Assembly: GCF_964204645.1 (NCBI RefSeq) | Contig: NC_134027.1 | Span: forward strand, 18,996,560-19,060,559 | Source of the DNA: Tubulanus polymorphus | Lineage: Eukaryota > Animalia > Nemertea | Direction: 5' to 3' | DNA length: 64,000 nucleotides | Shown: positions 24,524 to 36,366 of the stretch, in pieces | How positions within the stretch are numbered: position 1 is the stretch's first letter | How the letters are laid out: the number at the start of each line of letters is the position of its first letter | Translations under genes and position numbers: made by a program | Notes under the pieces: model-generated | Seen by the model: only the letters and a program-made list of their open reading frames with translations | What the model was told of the DNA's origin: nothing | Database searches by the model: none

Positions 24524-26357
24524 GATCTTAAAATAGGGATTGACCCTGTGATTTATTTGATTGGTAAATTTCGTTTGATTTTTTGATTTGGTGTCCCTTA
24601 CAAACCCACCACACCTGCCGGGAAAGAAACAGGGGGTTTGATTTTGAAATCGGAAATCGAAGTACAAATATAGTTGTGTGATCGGCGGTCGAGTTTACAG
24701 AATTTTTTGTTTAAATCGAAGTACATAATTTGAAAGTTTCGGTTCCGGTTCATTCAAACAATCATCCAAGCAGTCTGAACCGGCAAGCGACTGATTGGGG
24801 TTAATTTAGTTGGCTGCCTAATTTAATACATCAAGATTTAGGAAATAACTATATTACAAGGTTGAAGATCATTTTGTCAATTTTTAACATTTTTTTGGTC
24901 GTTTTCCACGTGTAAATAGTCCGAATGTTTATTGTAGCCTTTCCTCGGGTAGATGTTGGTGTAAAAATCCTCTAAGTTGATTGTCCCGCGTGCTGACTAG
25001 ATAAAACGGAAGCACATTTTGAAAAGCAAATTATCCAGATGAGAGTTTGGTCCTGGTATCCGAAGTGTAGTTGTATGACATCGACGGTGCACGCTCCGAT
25101 GAGGATAGGTTTCTCCGTCAAGGGGAGCAGTTGGTACTTCACATCTGGTGCTGAGTTTGCCTAAAAGTAAAAGTTGTACACGGGGAGCAGTTTTGTGTTT
25201 CTAATAAACAGTGCATAGTTAGGTCCGTGGATGCGTCGCGATCAAACAGACAGTGCTATGCGCATTGATAGACCGTCAGTAAGAAAGCGACACAGGCACG
25301 CGAGTTTGATTAATACAATGATACATATGTACAGTCTTGATCGGGTTTTATTTACAGGCATGATCAAAAAATTGCATGCCACTCTGGCGGCTATCTGACA
25401 GTGCTAGCGTAATGGAAGACCGTCAGTGATCACCAAGGCGGCACGCCCAGTTAATCATTTGTCACAATTAGGTTTTTTTTGGTAGGTCTTAATGAGACCG
25501 GTGTCAAGAGGCAACCTTCCAATCACCACTGCACAAAAATAGACTGAGCTTGCTATCCTGAAGCCAAAACGGAGGCAGCTTTCCAGTTATCGCGGCAGTG
25601 AGACTGAGTTTACAGTCCAAAACCAGAAACAATAAGGTATCTATGCGTATGTGATGATATAGGACAAAAGTGGTCAGACAGTTCTATGCGCATTGATAGA
25701 CCGTCATCCCTGTTCATTCTAAATCAGAACATACCTCAAGTGTCAAAGTCAGGATATGTAGGTGTACTAAACTAATAAAAGGCGTTAGGTTAAGTAATTA
25801 ATAGACTACATCGATAGTGTCAATTGTGATTCTGTTTACTGTATTTAGTCCGTTTACGTCTAGGTTTATAAATATATTGTTAAGACTCCAAATATGAAGA
25901 TTTCGTTGCAGTATTATTTCTTGGTTTATGCGATCTATAAGTGCGTTTTTGAAATAAATTATAGTGTTGATGCGACCAGAGCCCTGTTCTAGATTGTAAT
26001 GATTCTTGTACAAAATGAATTGTGCGAGAAATAAAAGATAGTTCGCAAGTGTGCGTTTGAAAAAGTCTCTTTCTATTGTTTTGGTAATTCCTGTGTAGAC
26101 GATGTCTCGAGTGATTCGTATAGGTGTGCCTATTATGCGTTCAAAGATTGGTTGTATGCGTGAATATAATTGTTGTGCTTCTGTGCATGAGTATACTACA
26201 TGGTCATTTGTTGCCGCGCGTCCGCAAATTTTACAATTTGGATCAGTTATTATTTTCCAAAGTACTAATTTTGAAGCTGTTGTAAGAGTATTATGTAGTA
26301 ATTTCCAATGAATATCACTAAACCGTTTATCAATATGTTTATTATAAACTTCATTCC
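24524..26357 (-). mobile_element. 5'-truncated L1/Tx1-clade non-LTR retrotransposon inserted in the 5S spacer
   Basis: Inserted exactly at gtttt|aacgcag (TTTT/AA). Open minus-strand frame 26357-25798, a ~1.27-kb 3' UTR, and AATAAA about 27 nt before the end. Confidence 0.85.
25798..26357 (-). pseudogene. C-terminal part of LINE ORF2 (zf-RVT-type CCHC zinc-binding region)
   Basis: Hand translation is stop-free: NEVYNKHIDKRFSDIHWKLLHNTLTT...DPNCKICGRAATNDHVVYSCTEA...LYKNHYNLEQ...DVVY*. Confidence 0.8.
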
Positions 26358-27012
26358 AACGCAGTTTTATCGCGATCCTGCCGAGGTCCGTCGGTGAATA
26401 AATAAATTTAAAGGTTTATTTACTATCGGCATCAGCCACTCCGAGAGAAAATACTCGGAGAATTTTCAATTCGCTCCACCGAAAGATGCCTCAGCAACGC
26501 GTGTCGCCTTTCCCTTATGCGAGAGTCGGTCGCTCAATGATTGACGGTAAATGAGGGTGAGGAAACTATGAGAACAGCTACTTAGCAACTCAATCTATGA
26601 CGTCACATTTCCACAAAATAGACAATCTGCTGAAAGAAAGTAATGATTTGTGAATATTTCCGACGACGAAATTTTGTTAGCACCTACATTCAGCTAAAAG
26701 CGCAAAAAAACCACCGAAAGATGCCTCAGCAACGCGTGTCGCCTTTCCCTTATGCGAGAGTCGGTCGCTCAATGATTGACGGTAAATGAGGGTGGAAAAC
26801 TATGAGAACAGCTACTTAGCAACTCAATCTATGACGTCACATTTCCACAACATAGCCAATCTGCTGAAAGAAAGTAATGATTTGTGAATATTTCCGACGA
26901 CGAAATTTGGATAGCTACTACATTCAGCTAATTTAAAGCGCAAACAAACAATGAAATAGCTCTTTGCGATGCGCTTTTAATTTTCCAAATAAGTCGAGGA
27001 AAATTCAAAAAA

Positions 27013-27131
27013 AGTCTACAGCACCCGGTATTCCCAGGCGGTCACCCATCCAAGTACTAACCGGGCCCGACGTTGCTTAACTTCGGTGATCGGACGAGAA
27101 CCGGTGCTTTCAACGTGGTATGGCCGTAGAC
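27013..27131 (-). rRNA. 5S rRNA
   Basis: Consensus 5S plus terminator. Confidence 0.95.
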
Positions 27132-27638
27132 AACAAAATGTAAAAATCTAACCATTTTGATAATACCTCCTCCATCGGATCGCCAAGATAGCGAGACAAT
27201 GTATACTTTATTTCTTTGTTTTAACGCAGTTTTATCGCGATCCTGCCGAGGTACGTCGGTGATTGAATAAATTAAAGGTTTATTTACTATCGGTCATCAG
27301 CCACTCCAACAGAAACTACTCGGATAATTTTCAATTCGCTCCACCGAAAGATGCCTCAGCAACGCGTGTCGCCTTTCCCTTATGCGAGAGTCTGTCGCTC
27401 AATGATTGACGGTAAATGAGGTTGAGGAAACTATGAGAACAGCTACTTAGCAACTCAATCTATGACGTCACATTTCTACAAAATAGCCAATCTGCTGAAA
27501 GAAAGTAATGATTTGTGAATATTTCCAACGACGAAATTTTGATAGCTACTACATTCAGTTAAAAGCGCAAACAAATAATGAAATAGGTCTTTGCGATGCG
27601 CTTTAATTTTCGAAATAAATCGAGGAAAATTCGAAAAA

Positions 27639-27758
27639 AGTCTACAGCACCCGGTATTCCCAGGCGGTCAGTCATCCAAGTACTATCCGGGCCCGACGTT
27701 GCTTAACTTCGGTGATCGAACGAGAACCGGTGCTTCCCAACGTGGTATGGCCGTACAC
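27639..27758 (-). rRNA. 5S rRNA variant class B
   Basis: Class-B substitutions. Confidence 0.8.
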
Positions 27759-28266
27759 AATTAAACGTAAAAATCTAACCGTTTTGATAATACCTCTTCC
27801 ATCGGATCGCCAAGATAGCGAGACAATGTATACTTTATTTCTTTGTTTTAACGCAGTTTTATCGCAATCCTGCCGAGGTACGTCGGTGATTGAATACATT
27901 AAAAGTTTATTTACTATCGGTCATCAGCCACTCCGACAGAAAATACTCGAAGAATTTTCAATTCGCTCCACCGAAAGATGCCTCAGCAACGCGTGTCGCC
28001 TTTCCCTTATGCGAGAGTCGGTCGCTCAATGATTGACGGTAAATGAGGGTGAGGAAACTATGAGAACAGCTACTTAGCAACTCAATATATGACGTCACAT
28101 TTCCACAAAATAGGCAATCTGCTGAAAGAAAGTAATGATTTTTGAATATTTCCGACGACGAAATTTTGATAGCTACTACATTCAGTTAAAAGCTCAAACA
28201 AATAATGAAATAGCTCTTTGCGATGCGCTTTAATTTTCGAAATAAATCGAGAAGAATTCGAAAAAA

Positions 28267-28385
28267 AGTCTACAGCACCCGGTATTCCCAGGCGGTCACC
28301 CATCCAAGTACTAACCGGGCCCGACGTTGCTTAACTTCGGTGATCGGACGAGAACCGGTGCTTTCAACGTGGTATGGCCGTAGAC
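28267..28385 (-). rRNA. 5S rRNA
   Basis: Consensus 5S plus terminator. Confidence 0.95.
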
Positions 28386-29133
28386 AACAAAACGTAAAAA
28401 TCTAACCGTTTTGATAATACCTCCTCCATCGGATCGCCAAGATAGCGAGACAATGTATACTATATTTCTTTGTTTTAACGCAGTTTTATCGCGATCCTGC
28501 CGAGGTCCGTCGGTGAATAAATGAATAAAAAAGTTTATTTACTATCGGTCATCAGCCACTCCGAGAGAAAATACTCGGAGAATTTTCAATTCGCTCCACC
28601 GAAAGATGCCTCAGCAACGCGTGTCGCCTTTCCCTTATGCGAGAGTCGGTCGCTCAATGATTGACGGTAAATGAGGGTGAGGAAACTATGAGAACAGCTA
28701 CTTAGCAACTCAATCTATGACGTCACATTTCCACAAAATAGACAATCTGCTGAAAGAAAGTAATGATTTGTGAATATTTCCGACGACGAAATTTTGTTAG
28801 CACCTACATTCAGCTAAAAGCGCAAAAAAACCACCGAAAGATGCCTCAGCAACGCGTGTCGCCTTTTCCTTATGCGAGAGTCGGTCGCTCAATGATTGAC
28901 GGTAAATGAGGGTGAGGAAACTATGAGAACAGCTACTTAGCAACTCAATCTATGACGTCACATTTCCACAACATAGCCAATCTGCTGAAAGAAAGTAATG
29001 ATTTGTGAATATTTCCGACGACGAAATTTGGATAGCTACTACATTCAGCTAATTTAAAGCGCAAACAAACAATGAAATAGCTCTTTGCGATGTGCTTTTA
29101 ATTTTCCAAATAAGTCGAGGAAAATTCAAAAAA

Positions 29134-29252
29134 AGTCTACAGCACCCGGTATTCCCAGGCGGTCACCCATCCAAGTACTAACCGGGCCCGACGTTGCTTA
29201 ACTTCGGTGATCGGACGAGAACCGGTGCTTTCAACGTGGTATGGCCGTAGAC
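29134..29252 (-). rRNA. 5S rRNA
   Basis: Consensus 5S plus terminator. Confidence 0.95.
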
Positions 29253-29757
29253 AACAAAACGTAAAAATCTAACCGTTTTGATAATACCTCCTCCATCGGA
29301 TCGCCAAGATAGCGAGACAATGTACTTTGAATCTTTGTTTTAACGCAGTTTTATCGCGATCCTGCCGAGGTACGTCGGTGATTGAATAAATTAAAGGTTT
29401 ATTTACTATCGGTCATCAGCCACTCCGACAGAAACTACTCGGATAATTTTCAATTCGCTCCACCGAAAGATGCCTCAGCAACGCGTGTCGCCTTTCCCTT
29501 ATGCGAGAGTCTGTCGTTCAATGATTGACGGTAAATGATGTTGAGGAAACTATGAGAACAGCTACTTAGCAACTCAATCTATGACGTCACATTTCTACAA
29601 AATAGCCAATCTGCTGAAAGAAAGTAATGATTTGTGAATATTTCCAACGACGAAATTTTGATAGCTACTACATTCAGTTAAAAGCGCAAACAAATAATGA
29701 AATAGGTCTTTGCGATGCGCTTTAATTTTCGAAATAAATCGAGGAAAATTCGAAAAA

Positions 29758-29877
29758 AGTCTACAGCACCCGGTATTCCCAGGCGGTCAGTCATCCAAGT
29801 ACTATCCGGGCCCGACGTTGCTTAACTTCGGTGATCTAACGAGAACCGGTGCTTCCCAACGTGGTATGGCCGTACAC
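29758..29877 (-). rRNA. 5S rRNA variant class B
   Basis: Class-B substitutions plus one more. Confidence 0.8.
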
Positions 29878-30389
29878 AATTAAACGTAAAAATCTAACCG
29901 TTTTGATAATACCTCTTCCATCGGATCGCCAAGATAGCGAGACAATGTATACTTTATTTCTTTGTTTTAACGCAGTTTTATCGCAATCCTGCCGAGGTAC
30001 GTCGGTGATTGAATACATTAAAAGTTAATTTACTATCGGTCATCAGCCACTCCGACAGAAAATACTCGAAGAATTTTCAATTCGCTCCACCGAAAGATGC
30101 CTCAGCAACGCGTGTCGCCTTTCCCTTATGCGAGAGTCGGTCGCTCAATGATTGACGGTAAATGAGGGTGAGGAAACTATGAGAACAGCTACTTAGCAAC
30201 TCAATCTATGACGTCACATTTCCACAACATAGCCAATCTGCTGAAAGAAAGTAATGATTTGTGAATATTTCCGACGACGAAATTTGGATAGCTACTACAT
30301 TCAGCTAATTTAAAGCGCAAACAAACAATGAAATAGCTCTTTGCGATGTGCTTTTAATTTTCCAAATAAGTCGAGGAAAATTCAAAAAA

Positions 30390-30508
30390 AGTCTACAGCA
30401 CCCGGTATTCCCAGGCGGTCACCCATCCAAGTACTAACCGGGCCCGACGTTGCTTAACTTCGGTGATCGGACGAGAACCGGTGCTTTCAACGTGGTATGG
30501 CCGTAGAC
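30390..30508 (-). rRNA. 5S rRNA
   Basis: Consensus 5S plus terminator. Confidence 0.95.
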
Positions 30509-31015
30509 AACAAAATGTAAAAATCTAACCATTTTGATAATACCTCCTCCATCGGATCGCCAAGATAGCGAGACAATGTATACTTTATTTCTTTGTTTTA
30601 ACGCAGTTTTATCGCGATCCTGCCGAGGTACGTCGGTGATTGAATAAATTAAAGGTTTATTTACTATCGGTCATCAGCCACTCCAACAGAAACTACTCGG
30701 ATAATTTTCAATTCGCTCCACCGAAAGATGCCTCAGCAACGCGTGTCGCCTTTCCCTTATGCGAGAGTCTATCGCTCAATGATTGACGGTAAATGAGGTT
30801 GAGGAAACTATGAGAACAGCTACTTAGCAACTCAATCTATGACGTCACATTTCTACAAAATAGCCAATCTGCTGAAAGAAAGTAATGATTTGTGAATATT
30901 TCCGACGACGAAATTTTGATAGCTACTACATTCAGCTAAAAGCGCAAACAAACAATGAAATAGCTCTTTGCGATGCGCTTTTGATTTTCCAAATAAGTCG
31001 AGGAAAATGTAAAAA

Positions 31016-31134
31016 AGTCTACAGCACCCGGTATTCCCAGGCGGTCACCCATCCAAGTACTAACCGGGCCCGACGTTGCTTAACTTCGGTGATCGGACGA
31101 GAACCGGTGCTTTCAACGTGGTATGGCCGTAGAC
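31016..31134 (-). rRNA. 5S rRNA
   Basis: Consensus 5S plus terminator. Confidence 0.95.
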
Positions 31135-31642
31135 AACAAAACGTAAAAATCTAACCGTTTTGATAATACCTCCTTCATCGGATCGCCAAGATAGCGAGAC
31201 AATGTATACTTTATTTCTTTGTTTTAACGCTGTTTTATCGCGATCCTGCCGAGGTACGTCGGTGATTTAATAAATTAAAGGTTTATTTACTATCGGTCAT
31301 CAGCCACTCCGACAGAAACTACTCGGATAATTTTCAATTCGCTCCACCGAAAGATGCCTCAGCAACGCGTGTCGCCTTTCCCTTATGCGAGAGTCTGTCG
31401 CTCAATGATTGACGGTAAATGAGGGCGAGGAAACTATGAGAACAGCTACTTCGCAACTCAATCTATGACGTCACATTTCCACAACATAGCCAATCTGCTG
31501 AAAGAAAGTAATGATTTGTGAATATTTCCGACGACGAAATTTTGATAGCTACTACATTCAGTTAAAAGCTCAAACAAATAATGAAATAGCTCTTTGCGAT
31601 GCGCTTTAATTTTCGAAATAAATCGAGAAGAATTCGAAAAAA

Positions 31643-31761
31643 AGTCTACAGCACCCGGTATTCCCAGGCGGTCACCCATCCAAGTACTAACCGGGCCCGA
31701 CGTTGCTTAACTTCGGTGATCGGACGAGAACCGGTGCTTTCAACGTGGTATGGCCGTAGAC
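31643..31761 (-). rRNA. 5S rRNA
   Basis: Consensus 5S plus terminator. Confidence 0.95.
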
Positions 31762-32269
31762 AACAAAACGTAAAAATCTAACCGTTTTGATAATACCTCC
31801 TCCATCGGATCGCCAAAATAGCGAGACAATGTATACTTTATTTCTTTGTTTTAACGCAGTTTTATCCCGATCCTGCCGAGGTACGTCGGTGATTGAATAA
31901 ATTAAAAGTTTATTTACTATCGGTCATCAGCCACTCCGACAGAAAATACCGGGATAATTTTCAATTCGCTCCACCGAACGATGCCTTAGCAACGCGTGTC
32001 GCCTTTCCCTTATGCGAGAGTCGGTCGCTCAATGATTGACGGTAAATGAGGTTGAGGAAACTATGAGAACAGCTACTTAGCAACTCAATCTATGACGTCA
32101 CATTTCCACAGAAAAGCCAATCTGCTGAAAGAAAGTAATGATTTGTGAATATTTCCGACGACGAAATTTTGATAGCTACTTCATTCAGCTAAAAGCGCAA
32201 ACAAACAATGAAATAGCTCTTTGCGATGCGCTTTTAATTTTCCAAATAAGTCGAGGAAAATGTGAAAAA

Positions 32270-32388
32270 AGTCTACAGCACCCGGTATTCCCAGGCGGTC
32301 ACCCATCCAAGTACTAACCGGGCCCGACGTTGCTTAACTTCGGTAATCGGACGAGAACCGGTGATTTCAACGTGGTATGGCTGTAGAC
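32270..32388 (-). rRNA. 5S rRNA (three substitutions)
   Basis: 5S sequence plus terminator. Confidence 0.88.
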
Positions 32389-32896
32389 AACAAAACGTAA
32401 AAATCTAACCGTTTTGATAATACCTCCTCCATCGGATCGCCAAAATAGCGAGACAATGTATACTTTATTTCTTTGTTTTAACGCAGTTTTATCCCGATCC
32501 TGCCGAGGTACGTCGGTGATTGAAAAAATTAAAAGTTTATTTACTATCGGTCATCAGCCACTCCGACAGAAAATACCGGGATAATTTTCAATTCGCTCCA
32601 CCGAACGATGCCTCAGCAACGCGTGTCGCCTTTCCCTTATGCGAGAGTCGGTCGCTCAATGATTGACGGTAAATGAGGTTGAGGAAACTATGAGAACAGC
32701 TACTTAGCAACTCAATCTATGACGTCACATTTCCACAAAATAGCCAATCTGCTGAAAGAAAGTAATGATTTGTGAATATTTCCAACGACGAAATTTTGAT
32801 AGCTACTACATTCAGTTAAAAGCGCAAACAAATAATGAAATAGCTCTTTGCGATGCGCTTTAATTTTCGAAATAAATCGAGGAAAATTCGAAAAAA

Positions 32897-33015
32897 AGTC
32901 TACAGCATCCGGTATTCCCAGGCGGTCACCCATCCAAGTACTGACCGGGCCCGACGTTGCTTAACTTCGGTGATCGGACGAGAACCGGTGCTTTCAACGT
33001 GGTATGGCCGTAGAC
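32897..33015 (-). rRNA. 5S rRNA (two substitutions)
   Basis: 5S sequence plus terminator. Confidence 0.9.
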
Positions 33016-33138
33016 AACAAAACGTAAAAATCTAACCGTTTTGATAATACCTCCTCCATCGGATCGCCAAGATAGCGAGACAATGTACTTTAAATCTTTG
33101 TTTTAACGCAGTTTTATCGCGATCCTGCCGAGGTACGT

Positions 33139-33465
33139 CATCTTCACCCGTCAAGGGATTCGAACCCACTACGCTAAAGCTGTTCCCCGAACCCCTTGAC
33201 CTCACGAGTCGTTGGAGTCGTTACTAGCCGACCAGAATCCGGTCGTACCAATCACAGCGCTTGTAACTAACGACTTTAGGCCTCTATTGGTTTTCCCGTT
33301 AAATAGACCAATCAGCGAACGTTTTACTGAACAAGGAATTATTTCGCAAATCGATACATGACGTCATGCGCGATAGCGCCAGTAATGAAATCACGCTTCG
33401 TGAGGCCAGGGGGCTGGTGGGAAGCGAGTTCGGGAGTGATACCTGACCCCTGGCAAGCGAAGATG
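33139..33465. mobile_element. 327-bp MITE with CATCTTC termini and an 8-bp TSD (possibly P superfamily)
   Basis: TSD aggtacgt at 33131-33138 and 33466-33473; imperfect ~19-bp TIR catcttcacccgtcaaggg / cccctggcaagcgaagatg; second copy inverted at 48471-48796. Confidence 0.88.
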
Positions 33466-33859
33466 AGGTACGTTGGTGATTGAATAAATTAAAAGTTTAT
33501 TTACTATCGGTCATCAGCCACTCCGACAGAAAATACCGGGATAAGTTTCAATTCGCTCCACCCAACGATGCCTCAGCAACGCGTGTCGCCTTTCCCTTAT
33601 GCGAGAGTCGGTCGCTCAATGATTGACGGTAATGAGGTTGAGGAAACTATGAGAACAGCTACTTAGCAACTCAATCTATGACGTCACATTTCCACAAAAT
33701 AGCCAATCTGCTGTAAGAAAGTAATGATTTGTGAATATTTCCGACGACGAAATTTGGATAGCTACTACATTCAGCTAATTTAAAGCGCAAACAAACAATG
33801 AAATAGCTCTTTGCGATGCGCTTTTAATTTTCCAAATAAGTCGAGGAAAATGTGAAAAA

Positions 33860-33978
33860 AGTCTACAGCACCCGGTATTCCCAGGCGGTCACCCATCTAA
33901 GTACTAACCGGGCCCGACGTTGCTTAACTTCGGTGATCGGACGAGAACCGGTGCTTTCAACGTGGTATGGCCGTAGAC
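33860..33978 (-). rRNA. 5S rRNA
   Basis: 5S sequence plus terminator. Confidence 0.92.
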
Positions 33979-34143
33979 AACAAAACGTAAAAATCTAACC
34001 GTTTTGATAATACCTCCTCCATCGGAACGCCAAGATAGCGAGACAATGTACTTTAAATCTTTGTTTTAACGCAGTTTTATCGTGATCCAGCCGAGGTACG
34101 TCGGTGATTGAATAAATTAAAAGTTTATTTACTATCGGTCATC

Positions 34144-34643
34144 TACGGAAGCCCCTAGGTGACATACGAGAAAATTTTTCACAATTTCGACTTATTAAGT
34201 CGAATTTCGACATAACAAGTCGAATTTCGTGTTAATTAAGTCGAATTTCGAGTTAATTAAGTCGAATTTCGAGTTTTATTTTCATGTCGAATTTCGACTT
34301 ATTAAGTCGAAATTCGACTTGATTAACACGAAATTCGACTTATTATGTCGAAATTCGACTTATTATGTCGAAATTCGACTTATTAAGTCGAATTCCGACA
34401 TAACAAGTCGAATTTCGTGTTAATTAAGTCGAATTTCGAGTTTTATTTTCATGTCGAATTTCGACTTATTAAGTCGAAATTCGACTTAATTAACACGAAA
34501 TTCGACTTATTAAGTCGAAATTCGACTTAATAACACGAAATTCGACTTATTATGTCGAATTCCGACTTATTATGTCGAAATTCGACTTAATAAGTCGAAA
34601 TTATGAAAAAAATTATCTCATATGTCACCTAGGGGCTTCCGTA
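34144..34643. mobile_element. 500-bp foldback MITE, IS3EU-like (TAC...GTA ends, 6-bp TSD), with an internal 21-bp minisatellite
   Basis: TSD gtcatc at 34138-34143 and 34644-34649; perfect 23-bp TIR tacggaagcccctaggtgacata; interior made of aatttcgacttattaagtcga-type repeats in both orientations. Confidence 0.88.
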
Positions 34644-34988
34644 GTCATCAGCCACTCCGACAGAAAATACCGGGATAATTTTCAATTCGCTCCACCCAAC
34701 GATGCCTCAGCAACGCGTTTCGCCTTTCCCTTATGCGAGAGTCGGTCGCTCAATGATTGACGGTAATGAGGTTGAGGAAACTATGAGAAAAGCTACTTAG
34801 CAACTCAATCTATGACGTCACATTTCTACAAAATAGCCAATCTGCTGGAAGAAAGTAATGATTTGTGAATATTTCCAACGACGAAATTTTGATAGCTACT
34901 ACATTCAGTTAAAAGCGCAAACAAATAATGAAATAGGTCTTTGCGATGCGCTTTAATTTTCGAAATAAATCGAGGAAAATTCGAAAAA

Positions 34989-35108
34989 AGTCTACAGCAC
35001 CCGGTATTCCCAGGCGGTCAGTCATCCAAGTACTATCCGGGCCCGACGTTGCTTAACTTCGGTGATCGAACGAGAACCGGTGCTTCCCAACGTGGTATGG
35101 CCGTACAC
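34989..35108 (-). rRNA. 5S rRNA variant class B
   Basis: Class-B substitutions. Confidence 0.8.
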
Positions 35109-35620
35109 AATTAAACGTAAAAATCTAACCGTTTTGATAATACCTCTTCCATCGGATCGCCAAGATAGCGAGACAATGTATACTTTATTTCTTTGTTTTA
35201 ATGCAGTTTTATCGCAATCCTGCCGTGGTACGTCGGTGATTGAATACATTAAAAGTTTATTTACTATCGGTCATCAGCCACTCCGACAGAAAATACTCGA
35301 AGAATTTTCAATTCGCTCCACCGAAAGATGCCTCAGCAACGCGTGTCGCCTTTCCCTTATGCGAGAGTCGGTCGCTCAATGATTGACGGTAAATGAGGGT
35401 GAGGAAACTATGAGAACAGCTACTTAGCAACTCAATATATGACGTCACATTTCCACAAAATAGGCAATCTGCTGAAAGAAAGTAATGATTTGTGAATATT
35501 TCCGACGACGAAATTTTGATAGCTACTACATTCAGCTAATTTAAAGCGCAAACAAACAATGAAATAGCTCTTTGCGATGCGCTTTTAATTTTCCAAATAA
35601 GTCGAGGAAAATTCGAAAAA

Positions 35621-35739
35621 AGTCTACAGCACCCGGTATTCCCAGGCGGTCACCCATCCAAGTACTAACCGGGCCCGACGTTGCTTAACGTCGGTGATCG
35701 GACGAGAACCGGTGCTTTCAACGTGGTATGGCCGTAGAC
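35621..35739 (-). rRNA. 5S rRNA
   Basis: 5S sequence plus terminator. Confidence 0.92.
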
Positions 35740-36247
35740 AACAAAACGTAAAAATCTAACCGTTTTGATAATACCTCCTCCATCGGATCGCCAAGATAGC
35801 GAGACAATGTATACTTTATTTCGTTGTTTTAACGCAGTTTTATCGCGATCCTGCCGAGGTACGTCGGTGATTGAATAAATTAAAGGTTTATTTACTATCG
35901 GTCATCAGCCACTCCGAGAGAAAATACTCGGAGAATTTTCAATTCGCTCCACCGAAAGATGCCTCAGCAACGCGTGTCGCCTTTCCCTTATGCGAGAGTC
36001 GGTCGCTCAATGATTGACGGTAAATGAAGGTGAGGAAACTATGAGAACAGCTACTTAGCAACTCAATCTATGACGTCACATTTCCAAAAAATAGGCAATC
36101 TGCTGAAAGAAAGTAATGATTTGTGAATATTTCCGACGACGAAATTTTGATAGCTACTACATTCAGTTAAAAGCGCAAACAAATAATGAAATAGCTCTTT
36201 GCGATGCGCTTTAATTTTCGAAATAAATCGAGGAAAATTCGAAAAAA

Positions 36248-36366
36248 AGTCTACAGCACCCGGTATTCCCAAGCGATCACCCATCCAAGCACTAACCGGG
36301 CCCGACGTCGCTTAACTTCGGTGATCGGACGAGAACCGGTGCTTTCAACGTGGTATGGCCGTAGAC
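36248..36366 (-). rRNA. 5S rRNA (four substitutions, degenerating)
   Basis: 5S sequence plus terminator. Confidence 0.85.

Noticed and set aside
25375-25460. Twister-ribozyme resemblance (UAA-CUGG-GC...GGUCU...AGC...CCAG-AG)
   Set aside because: Loop 4 is too long, P1 and pseudoknot T1 pair poorly, and sister copies lack the flanking elements. Kept only as an unassigned hairpin.
34229-34423. Repetitive ORF LIKSNFE...
   Set aside because: Translation of the 21-bp MITE minisatellite.
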